A stretch of 63,504 nucleotides of DNA, the filler included, from Folioceros fuciformis (Eukaryota), in the NCBI GenBank assembly GCA_049999805.1. It is 7 parts of 6 records of this genome, joined end to end, with 100 filler letters (N's around TTAATTAATTAA, not from the genome) between each part and the next. Parts side by side here need not be neighbours in the genome. Positions count along the whole stretch, not along the records: positions 25,970 to 29,346 come from JBNGIO010006125.1; positions 29,447 to 37,586 come from JBNGIO010006126.1; 5 more parts are not named here. One strand, 5' to 3'. A program made the translations under genes and the position numbers. Shown here piece by piece: positions 26,055-37,686 of the stretch. The first letter of the stretch is position 1; every line of letters starts with the position of its first letter. A model generated the notes under the pieces. It did no database searches, had not been told where the DNA came from, and saw only the letters and a program-made list of their open reading frames with translations.

Positions 26055-29000
26055 ATGACTACTACGACGGCGGAGAAGGTGATAGCGGACGAAGACGTCG
26101 GTGTCACTGGAAAGGGGATCCAAACTAAGAGGTTTAAGCAAAAAGGGGCAGCTCATGCTCTGCACTGGGAGATTTTGGATAATGTGGAAGTTCAGGCTGA
26201 AGATGACTGGGAAGCTGAGGCCGAAGAATGCTGGACATCAAAAACATGCAAGAAGTATGTGAAGATGTATCACATTGATAAATTGTGGCCTAGACAATGC
26301 CATGAAAGTCATACGAAGTCGTTTGCATGCAGACCGTGGATGTGCAAGGACGACCATTTCATTCATCGGGCTCAGGAGGTGTGGCAGGCTTTGTTTGGGG
26401 ATCGTCCAAGAAGCAAAGGATTATTAAATTACAGCTTGGTGTCTATGGTGTATACTGAGCTGATATTGAAGCGAAAGGTGGATTGGACCACGTTCCCAAC
26501 AACGGCACAGTTTCCATTGAGGATTGGAAGGACCCAAAAGCATATTCCGGATTTATATAATCCGGAATCCGTCTTGACAAAGAGTATTCTCGAACGGATG
26601 AAGAGAACCCCTCATGGACCAACAATTGCAGATGTCGAGCCTCAAATGCACGAGGTCCCTGTAACCACAGATGCGGGGCAGAGAAGCATTCACACTCTTG
26701 AGAGGAGTGTATCACTAATGCAATCTCCGGATCCTAGCCACGGAGGTGGCCATTTCTCAAAAGACTCTTTGGAAGGGAAAACGGTAGCACCGGAGTCCGG
26801 AGAAAAATTGAAGATCGTGGCGGGCAACATCTTCTCAACAATGTTTCCAAAATCCTACTCGACTGAGAAGGCAGCGGCGGGTCCTACGCATTCAAGTATT
26901 CAGGGTACCGGATTGGAAGAACAAGAGGACATTCTTACTGCTACACATGGTGGTAAGAGTGTAGGGCCGGCGGATACCAATTTTCCTAAGGTTCCAACCA
27001 CTGAATGCAACTCGCATGAAGCAACTGACACAGGGCCAAGCACAGCCATGCCAACAGGATCAGAGGTAAACTTGAACGACTTAGGTTTACCGGCGGATGT
27101 AATCACTCTTCTCTTGAACAAGCTTCAAACAATGCCCAATCAAGAAGAGTTAGAGCGGTTGCTCGATTTCACTAAGGAGATGGCTAAACTATTTCGAGAG
27201 ACAGTAGGACAACCTGATGCTGAATCCAGTGAAGCGAATGACCGCCGATTAGAGTATGGCGGGAAGTCTGAAGTACTAAGAGCTGTTCATGATGCTTATA
27301 ATATGAAGGAGGGTGCACAAATTATTGCAGCTATGGCTCCTGATTTTGTGCAAATGGCTCGAACATTTCTGGAGGTGACTCCTTGGGTGCTGAAGGGTGC
27401 TGTTGGTTTTCAGAACTTCACTGAAGTTACGACGAAGCTCTTACGAGGTAGGGCGGAAGACGTAACTACCATAATGAAGTTGGAAGAAAGGACCGACAAA
27501 GATTCCATCCGTATAAAAGCGTTGAAGTCCGAATTGGAATCATATAAGCTGGTTTTTTTTTTTTTTTTTTTTAAACTTCATAAAAAATATGAAGAAACGA
27601 GCAACAAAACAGCAGATGCGGAGGCACGTGGCATGGACGCAGAATTGGTTGCTTCTTCTACTCATACGGAAGATAGCCTTGCACTCTCTAAGTATAAAGA
27701 AGTAAAAGGAGTGGACGTCCTATCGAGTCGTGGAGAAGGGACATCACAGCGTTCTTCTGGTAGGGTGGGAGTGGAGATTGGCTATAGCCAAGTACAGTGC
27801 AACGTACAAGGAAAAGAGAAGGGGATAGTTCACGAAGGACAGGATATGGAATCGATGGTATTGAAGTTGGAGGTGGCCAATAAAGAAAGAGATGATGCAC
27901 GAGCAGAACTGGCGTCATTGCGAAAGACATTGGCCACTGTGGACTACACACCATGCCATGAGAACACAATGCCTTGGTTGGGTTGGGTTCATCGCCTTCA
28001 AGATAGAGAGACAATGGTCTCCAGGGCAGCACATAGCCTTAAAAAAGCAGCTGCTGAATCAAAAGCAAGCGGTGAGCTCGTCGAAGCCTCAGTGCAGAGA
28101 TTCAAGAATACTATTGGAGGACGTGCACGGGAACCCACAAGGAACACTATTTGGGGTGATGTAGCTGAAATGATGGATCGCACTAGCTATTATCGCAATG
28201 GCAAGAGCACTGATATTGATTGGAGTTTGGAAGTGGAAGAAGGATGGGTGCCTTTCAATATCTTCTCATCTCATTTTGAGGAATCCAAGCGAACTGTAAT
28301 CCATACTTGCGACCCTGTACCACCGTTCTTGAACGATAAATGCAGCTTGTGCCAGGAACATTTTGGTCCGGAGGGGGTATATACATTGGGCCAATGTGGC
28401 CATAACTTCCATATTACGTGCATTTCTGAAAGTTCAATGAGACAATCGGTATGTCCCATGTGTCGATCTCCTTTCAGCACGAGGTTCTATGAAATGATGG
28501 GGCTACGAGATGTTATGCCACCAGGGCATGAATTCAACCGATGGAACCTCCCCTTAGATCAACTTCCAAAGAAATTCCTGAACTACCGCGAATGGGGGAA
28601 ACCACTTATCTGGAATAGTGAGTTCTCTTCTCACCAGTTGCATGAGGAATTTCAAATGGAATGTGATCCATTCTTTTGGATGACACAAGACTATGAGGTG
28701 GAAGTAAGGGCACGAGAGATAGAAGATGGTGAGCAACGAGAAATGTTTTGCCGTAACTTTGGAGGGCATTGGAGCAAGGAGCAAAAGCGGTTTTTCCGAT
28801 TTCCTCCAAAGAAAGTTGAGAAGGGAGATGATGGCTCTTGGCATGAGGTGGAAGATGACATTGTATTCGGTGAAGAATACAAGAAGTACAACCGTACTTT
28901 GGTTGGTAGAGCCCTGTTTCTTTCAAAGTTGGAAGAAGCAGCAAAGGTACGATCATCAATGGACGAGGCCTCTTTCAAAGACGTAGGATGCTGTTATTGG

Positions 29001-29346
29001 GATGCAGTGCATGCATTTGACAGGAGGATTGGGGAGGTCATCGAGTATTGGAGGAACAAACTACAAAAGCCCCATGAGGAGCTATTGATTTCATTCCAAG
29101 AGAATGATGAGTTTGTGAAGAAGGTGGTAGGCCGTGTTGAGAAGGCCATGGAAATCCTTGCGGCAAAGAGGGTGGATCTTGGTGGAAAGCGCAAGCGAGA
29201 TGATGGAAGCGATAGTGATGACAGTTGGGAGTCAGAGATGCGAACGGAAATTGCTGCCATTGATCGAGAGTACGAGGGTGGAGGGAGAATTGCAAGGCAA
29301 AGTCAAAGGCCACAGACAAGAAGTAGGACTGAGAGGGAACGGATGA
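26055..29346 (+). CDS. Long intronless ORF with coiled-coil and RING-H2 finger, probably retrotransposon accessory ORF; truncated by spacer
   Basis: >1090 codons open; C-x2-C-x14-C-x-H-x2-H-x2-C-x10-C-x2-C at ~28341-28463; intronless, unlike most multi-exon host genes here. Confidence 0.7.
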
Positions 29347-32300
29347 NNNNNNNNNNNNNNNNNNNNNNNNNNNNNNNNNNNNNNNNNNNNTTAATTAATT
29401 AANNNNNNNNNNNNNNNNNNNNNNNNNNNNNNNNNNNNNNNNNNNNAAAATAAGTTGAAAAAGAAAACCAAACCATACCACTATTAACCCTTTTTCAACC
29501 AAAACAAACTACTACCCCAAACTTTGGAGGTTCACATGCCCCCCTTCTCAGCTGTTTGCGTCCTCGCAAACAACTAACCTTCTCAGGGCTGATAGTACTT
29601 CTTGACTTGCCAACCATTGACCCTAGTTGGCAACAAATCACCATCCAATACCCTCAACTGGACACACCCATTCTCAAACACTTCCTCCACCTTGTAAGGA
29701 CCCATCCACCTCAGCCTCAGCTTACCTGGGAAATCCATGTACCTACTGTCATACAGTAGCACCAGATCGCCCTGTACGATGGTCTCCTTCTTCCTCAACC
29801 TACCATCGTGGCGGGTTTTCCTTTGCTCTTGTATCCTATGAGTCTCCTCCAAGGCTTCTTCTCGGTCCTCCTCGTAGGTGATGAAAGCTTCCAACCTAGT
29901 TTCTTGGCTCTCCCTCACCGGTAGCCTAGCCTCCTCCATGACACGGTGAGTGGGAATCTCAAACTCAATGGGAAGAACAGGCGACATACCATAGGTCAAG
30001 TAGTATGGAGTCCTCTTCGTGGTGATCTTCTCTGCTGTCCTGTAAGCCCAAAGTGCTGAATGCAACTTGGTATCCCAATCGTACATGTGAGTCACAGTCA
30101 CCTTGGTCAAGATGGTCCCCAAAAGACCATTGGTCTTCTCCGTTAACCCATTCGCCTTCGGATTGTAAGGAGTGGTCTTCCTATGTCGAATGTTGAAGTA
30201 GGTGGTCAAGGCGGTGATGACTTCATTGAGGAAATGTGTACCTCTGTCGCTGACCAACTCCAACGGACACCCATAGCGTGTGATGATGTTCTCAAACAGA
30301 AATTTGGCCACTGTTGGTGCATCGTCCCGTCGGGTAGCCTCCGCCTCCACCATCTTGGTGCAGTAGTCCGTCGCCACTAAGATGTATTGCTTCCTTGTCC
30401 AGCGAGTAGGTGGACGAATCGGCCCTACAAAGTCGATCCCCCACTTCTCGAACGGAGCCAATGGCAAAATGTAGGTCAACGGCCACCTGGTTGTCAATGT
30501 GGGTCTCCCTACCCTTTGACAAGCATCACACCTTCTTACAAACTCCCACACATCCCTCTGCATGGTAGCCCACCAAAACCCAGTATCCAAGATCTTCTTG
30601 ATGGTAATGGGGACTGAATAGTGGCCTCCTGCCTCTTCCGCATGCAAAGCTTCGGTCACCACAACACCTTCATTCATTTCCAAACAACGCCTCACCTTAC
30701 CATCTGGGCCTAGTTTGTACAAGACCCCTTGCTTCAAACAATATGGGCCTGTCTTGTGCAAGAACATTGCCCTACCCTCGCGACTCAATCCGGCTGGCAT
30801 GATTCCAAACTCCAGAAATCTCCTCACCTCAACTGGTAGCAACTGCCTAGCACAAGGCCTTCCCAACCTGTCGCTACGGCGGTTCCTCTTCCTCCGAGCC
30901 TGGCTGACCTTCTGGCTACTCTCAACCCTTGTAGAGGTTCCTCCTCCCTCACCGGTAACCTGTTCATCGAACTCTCCCTCTTCTACTGTATGTACGGCAA
31001 CAATCAACTCCTCATCAGGAAACCTGTCATCCGTTTCTCTAACCTTCCCTTTGGTTTTGAGTCTAGAAACAAAGTCAGCATTAACATGGCTCTTCCCTGC
31101 TCTTGTTTCCACCTCAAAATCAAACTCCTGCAGCAAGAGAATCCACCTAGCGATCCTCCCTGATAGGTCAGGCTTGTTCACAAGATACTTCAAAGCAAAG
31201 TGGTCCACATGAAATACTACCTTGCAAGCTAGAAGGTAGTGACGGAACTTCTTACAAGTGTAGATGATGCCCAAAGCCTCTCTCTCCGTTGTGGAGTAAT
31301 TCCTCTCCGCATCTGTGAGTTGCCTTCCGGCATAGAAGATAGGGTGATCCCTCTTCTTGTCGTCTTGTTGGCTGAGGATGGCCCCTATTGCATAGGCTGA
31401 CACATCCACATACACATGAAAGGTCTTCTCCCAATTTGGTGGGCTCAATGTGGGTGCTGCCACCAAACTCCTCAAGTCCTGAAACGCTTCCTCCCTCTCC
31501 GGGGTCCACTCATACAGCACATCCTTCTTCGTTAGCTGGGTCAAAGCTGCCGCCTTCTTAGCGAAGTCCTTGATGAATCTCCTGTATTAACCCACCAACC
31601 CAATGAAAGCTCTAACCTGTCTCACGCTCTGAGGTGCATCCATCTCCGAGATGATCTTCACCTTTTCCATGTCGACTTGCAACCCCCTGGCTGAAACTCT
31701 ATGGGCCAGCAAGATACCCTCCGTCATGCAAAAGAAACACTTCCCCGGATGCAACTTGAGGTTAGTCTCCCTACACCTCTGCAAGCACTTCCTCAGCTGT
31801 TCCAAGTGTAAGTACCTCCTTCCAAAGACACAAAAGTCATCCAAGAACACCTCCATGAACTTCCGAAGGAACTCCTTGAAAATGGTATTCACCACCCGCT
31901 GAAAAGTTGCCGGAGCATTGCAGAGCCCAAAAGGCAACTTGGTGTAGGCGTAGGTCCCCCAATCAGTTGTGAAAGTCGTCTTGTCACGATCCTCCTCCCT
32001 CAGTGTGATCTGATTGTAACCTGAATACCCATCTAGGAAACTGTACATCTCATGTCCAGCAACTGTGTCCAGCACACTGTCCATAAAAGGGAGTGGATGA
32101 TGGTCTTTCTTGGTCGCCTCATTGAGCTTCCTAAAGTCCTGGCAAACCCTCACCTTGCCAGCTTGCTTCTTAGGCACCACCCCAATTGGAGCTACCCACT
32201 CACTAGTTAGGACAGGATAGATGACTCCAGCCTCCAAGTACTGATCCAACTGCTCCTTCACAACCATGGAGTACTTTGGGTTCAATCGGTATTGCTTCAC

Positions 32301-35300
32301 CCGAACCGGTGTGCTTCCCTCCTTGAGATCTATCCTATGAACACCCAGCTCCTCTAGAACACCTGTCATGTCCGTCACCTTGAAGGCAAACACATCCAAA
32401 TATTCAGTCAATAGCGCCTTCAAACCTACCTTCTCCTTGGGTGTGAGGTACTTGGACACCTTGACCTTCTTCCCTGGGGTCAACTCCATGTCCTCGACAG
32501 CATCGGGATCCACGTAAACTCCTTCGGGACTACTCCCTACACTTGTTCCTGATCCTTCTTCTGGGAAATCATAGTCATAGGCTTTCCCCTTCCAAAAGGC
32601 AGCTCCTTCCCTTCGCTCTTCATCCTCCTGTGGATCTTCATTCTCCACCACTTCAGTATGGAAACAAGTCACCTCTTGACCCAAATCCACCATCCTGACA
32701 GTATGCCCTACTCCCTTGTAGGCTCCTGTACTGCTGGAAGTGCTACCTCCAGCACTACCGGATGTGTACCCGGGAGATGGTCCTGCTGTTTCTCCCCCAT
32801 AGGGAGCTTTGCTCCACGAGACAAACGAAACTTCAGCAGGTCCTGTAGGTTTAGACCTAAAGGTCACACCTTTCCTACCAAAATCAAACACACAAGCTGT
32901 CCCGTACAACCACGGTCTCCCAAGGAGCACCTTGTACCCTAGGTCAGACACTGGCCTCATGACAATGTAGGTTAGCTTGAACATGATCCCTCCTATCACC
33001 GTGGGTACATCCTTCAACACTCCTAGAGGCTTCCTCTTGGTCTGATCTGCCATCCGAAGGTACACGCGGATAGGGTCAAACTCCGTGAACCCCAAACGAT
33101 GGGCTGTGTCCTCCGTCATGAGGTTGACACCAGATCCCGTATCCAACGGTACATCCGGTACCAGACAACCTACAATCTCCACCTCTATTTCAGGAGCTCC
33201 ACAATCGGCCAACTCAACTGAACTCATCCACGTCGGGACTGTCTTCCCTTCGAGTGGCTCTGGTATCCCTCGGATGGCTTCCTTGACGATCTTCCTGGCC
33301 TTGGGACTAACAGACAAGAGCTGTCTCAAGCTCACCACAAACTCCTGGTCAAGCAAGGCGTCAGCAAATCCAGCAACCTTCATGGCCAAAGCCTCCCTTG
33401 CTGTTGTTGTCTTAGGAGGATTGATCCCTCCATCCTCCTCGCTTCGATCAACCTTCTCTCCTTCCTGTTCCTTCTCCAAGGGACTTGCACTCTCCACCAC
33501 CCCTGTCACAAGAGGGTCTGCAAACGTGACCTTCTTAGACCGGTGCATCAGCCTAGTCAGCTCTTCCTCCAGCATTGCAGCAACCTCCTTGCTGATGTCG
33601 GGTGGGAATGCTGATTCTTCAACCTCTCCTTCATCTAGTTCACCTTCCTCTCGATGAGGTGGATCAACCTCTTGTCCCGTTGACACATCATTCTTCCCTT
33701 GCTGGACGAGTGGTTCCTCCCTTGCCTCTGATGGTTTAGGAGTGTTGTCGCGTTCTCTCCTCCTTCTCTTCTCTTCCTTCTTCGTCCTCTCCCGATAACG
33801 ACGTTCAGAACGAGTGGTGACCCTTGCCACCATGACTTCTTCACCATCGCTAGCTTCGCCTGAATATCCCTCCTCCACAATGCCAGAAAATGCTTGAGAG
33901 TCAATCAAAGGCTCCTCCTCAGCCTCCACCGACAACACAGGTGCGCTTGTCACCGGAGTTGTTGTCTCCACCGCAGGAGGAAGTCCCTCTTGCGGTGCCT
34001 CCGTGATCCTCACTCCGGATCTAGGCAGCGCAGGCCTAGGGATGCCCGAACACCTTGGATCCCCAGCCCTGTGCCCTGGATCCTTACACACCTGACAAAA
34101 CGGCACAAATCCAAGTTGCCTACGTGGCTCTGTGCACTCGTTAGCATAGTGTCCCGGTAAGCCACAATTAAAACAACAACCTGCTGCCACCACTTGTGGA
34201 CGTTGGGACGGATCTGGCCTCCAATGGCCTGGAGATACTGGACGAGGACCATACCTCATTCCAGGAGGTCCTGGTGGTTGGAAAGATGGCCGAATGGACT
34301 GTGGTGGTCGAGGAGCAGTCACAGCCTGTACCTGATAGGAGTCATCCACGTACCAATAGTCTCCTGGTAGGTAGGTGTCCACTTGGTTGACGGCGTGGCG
34401 GGGAGCCCTAGTGCACTCTTGGTGGGTGTGTCCTGATTGGTGACAAATAGAACAGTACACCAGCTGCCGACCCGGTGAAGGTGACCTCCTTGGTGCTTGG
34501 TTGCGTACAGCCTTCACCTCCAACTCGGCCAGCCTCCTCGTCAATGCCTCAACCTGACTGGTCAGTCCTCCACCACTTGAGGACGGTTTGCCTCTCTCCA
34601 TCCTATAGGATCCTTTGCCTCTCTTGTCCTTCTCTGCTCGCCGATCCTCATCCTCTTCGCGCCTCTTGCGTGCTTTCTCCAGATCCTTCCTCATCCTCTT
34701 CTCATAAGCCTTATCGGACTCCTCATCGGTGTAAGAATCCGTCACAAGGCTGTCATAATCGGGATCAGAGTGAGACGGTGACCTCGACCTTGAAGAGGAA
34801 GATGGGCTGTGATGTCTTGACCTCCTATGATGCCCATACTTCCGGTTCTGCTTCCTCTTCTCTCTGCTCAACTCCGAAAGCTCAAAATCTTCAGCAGCCT
34901 TCAAAGCCTCCTGCAAAGTGGTCACACCTCTTGTGCAGTAGGTCGCCATCCGATCGGGTAGTCCTCCAGCAAACCAATCCAAAGCTTGAGCATCCGTGTA
35001 CCCTGGAGTACTCGGACCTCCCGGAACAACTGGCCTGCCACGTGGGATCCTGTCCACATAGCTGTAGAACCTCTCAATGTAGTCATAGAGATCCTCCTTC
35101 CTTCCTCGCTTCAAAGTCCTCAACCTCGCGTAGGTGTGATGGCCATGGCTGAGACCTCGGAACCTGGTCAAGAAATCGTCCTTCAGGTTGTCCCAATCCA
35201 CTGGTGGTGTCACTCCATACGTCCGGCTGTACCACTGCTGAGCTTGTGCTCTCAGCAAACCTGGAAAGATCCTCAAACGATCAGCTGTAGTGTCCTCCAT

Positions 35301-35951
35301 GTTGGCACGAGACACATGCTCGAACGTCCTTAGGAAGGATTCAGCATCCTCCCCTCTTCTCTTGTCTCCGAACTTCACGTATTGCTGACGACTGTGAATA
35401 GGAGCAGCCATCCTTGCAGCAACTCCTCCACCCACTTGGCTGATACTTGACGTAGGAAGTACAGCCCCTACTGAAACCACTACGGGGGGTGACAATGGAA
35501 CAATGGCCGGCAAGGGGACTGACTGACCACCAACAAGTGACTGCAAGCTATCCAGCAATGATACCACAACTGAAGTATCACCTAGAGTTGACTGCACAAC
35601 ACTCGACTGTAACACGGACTCCCTCTCAACACGACCCACTTGTTGGCTGTAAGACTCCTTCCTGCAACCAGATGTAATACCAACCTCCTGGATGTCACGC
35701 TCTCCAGCAATCAACCCTTCAGATTCGTGCTCTCCACTTGACCAAGGCAGCTCCTCCTCCACAAGGGTGCTAGCCTTAGGGGTCAAGCTACTCTCTCCTC
35801 TCAGCAAATTCCTCCTTGTTGCACGCAAATCCCTTGGTGACGGGGTTACAACTGCTCTCCCTCTACCAGTTCTGCGATCACCTCTTCCACCAGACATCTA
35901 CAGGACAACTTAGACTCTCCATCCGGTCAGCAAAAGAAACTCCCAAGCCCC

Positions 35952-35969
35952 TCCCCGGCAACGGCGCCA
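35952..35969 (-). promoter_or_regulatory. Primer-binding site complementary to tRNA-Asp 3' end
   Basis: Minus strand reads TGGCGCCGTTGCCGGGGA, the PBS typical of Athila, 4 nt after the LTR-terminal CA (35974-35975). Confidence 0.88.
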
Positions 35970-35973
35970 AAAA

Positions 35974-37586
35974 TGTGGAGGCAAAACCCCGGGCACTGAT
36001 TGCCAATGGGTTCCACCTTTAGTGGCCACACTTATCCCACTGTCGTTGAGACATTGGGTTTCGTTCCCACGAAGGAGCGATGGGGTTCCTTGCTGCTGTG
36101 GATGGAGGGTCGGACTTGATGAACTCGATGATGGATTCGAGGGCTCCCCTCCAGCTCCGATCAGGCGTAGGACAGGCCTCGCTGTCCGGCGGTCAGCTGC
36201 ACCTCTCTCGGTGCCCACAAACTCACTCCAGTCACTACAACGACTCTAACCTCTCAGATCTGCGTCTTTCCTCACACACCTCACTCACTCTCTCACTCCA
36301 GCACCAACACCAGCAACTACCAGCCACCAGCAACGACACCACTACCTTCTACGCTTCCTACGGACTCCTCCTACCCAGCAAGAGTCACTAGACTAACCCC
36401 AAACAAAAGGAAGAAGGGAACACACTCCCCTCTTGGGTATCTCCTCCCCACAACCTTACCAGACGTCATGAGACATAGCCGGCCTACAACACTTGACCAA
36501 GCAAGGAACAAGAGTGGACAGGTCGAGAGGAAGACACACCCTTTACAATCAAGAGCTAGGGGCAAGCCCCTTCACCCTGGTCATTACACCTTGTGATCCT
36601 ACCAGACACTATACAACCGGCAACACGCTGCCCGCGATCCTACCAGACACTGTACAGCCGGCAACACGCTGCCTGCGATCCTACCAGACGTTGCACAGCC
36701 GGCAACACACTGCAGGTCCTAGACCAAGCAGGGACAGACCACAAGAGCTCAAGAAGAGAGGACCTCCAAGAGCTCACAAAGAGATAGACTGACTCCCAAA
36801 AGTGAATGACTCCTTCTTCCTACAGGCTCACCTGATCTTATAGGAGCCTCTCTCTCTCTCTGACTTCACCTCTCTCTAACTTGAGAAATATTATTTTAAT
36901 AGCCTATCCGGCTGTCACCAGCCACTTATTTAGACTTCTAGCACAACCTGCCACCAATGAGCTCCTGGCCCTACCACCACAAGGATCTACCACCTCTTGG
37001 ACTATCCTGAGACTTCAGAGGATGTCTGATCTTCAAAGGTCTGCGGACGCCGCCTCTTCCTTGCTGGATGGTCGCCCGCTAAGTCTTCCCCTGCAGCTGT
37101 TCACCCTTGGTGGCTGAGCCAGCCTCTAGGGGAGGAGCATGAGCAATGGGAAAGATAGGGAAGAGGTGGGAAGGAGTGGGATCAGCAGCCGGGACCTGGC
37201 CTGAAAACGGTAGCTTATTCAGCGGGATCAGCTCTCAGCCGAAATGGTTCCTCGGCCATGGAGGACTGACCCTAGGGTGCTGGGGAAGGCCCTGAACTAA
37301 GGGGAAAAGAAAGCAGGTGAAACGGAGTTGAAATGGAATTTCTGGAATTAAATCCAGAAAAATAGGGAAGAAAATAGGAAAGGGGAAATTAGGAAAATAA
37401 AAAGAAAAGGAATACGGGGGTGCGTATACGGAATACGTATTAATACGTATTAATACGTATCTAAACCGTATAAAATACAAGGGGGAGGGTATACGTATAC
37501 GGACCGTATACGGTCTCTAAAAAAAAACACCTTACTTGGAGCAAGGGGAGGGAGCGGGATCGGGGTGCGGGATGGAGGAGCGGGGC
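35974..37586 (-). repeat. 5' LTR of Athila-like element (outer end not resolved), containing 3x 41-bp repeat at ~36595-36713 and TATA-like CTATAAG at ~36837-36843
   Basis: Ends in CA adjacent to the PBS; non-coding; unit GATCCTACCAGACACTRTACARCCGGCAACACGCTGCCYGC. Confidence 0.7.
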
Positions 37587-37686
37587 NNNNNNNNNNNNNN
37601 NNNNNNNNNNNNNNNNNNNNNNNNNNNNNNTTAATTAATTAANNNNNNNNNNNNNNNNNNNNNNNNNNNNNNNNNNNNNNNNNNNN

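Larger units (their letters stand above)
29583..37586 (-). mobile_element. Athila-like Ty3/gypsy LTR retrotransposon (5' LTR, PBS, gag-pol with one nonsense codon)
   Basis: Gag, CCHC knuckles, protease LDTGSG, RT (FLDGYSGYNQI, VFLDDF), RNase H (DVSAYAIG, YSTTERE), integrase (GGHYS..CDAC, WGIDF, SDRG, GPY), no chromodomain. In-frame TAA at 31587-31589. Confidence 0.95.

Noticed and set aside
31587..31589. Programmed stop-codon readthrough in the gypsy element
   Set aside because: The stop replaces a conserved Tyr in the GYYRRF motif inside pol, not at a gag-pol boundary; a point mutation is more likely.
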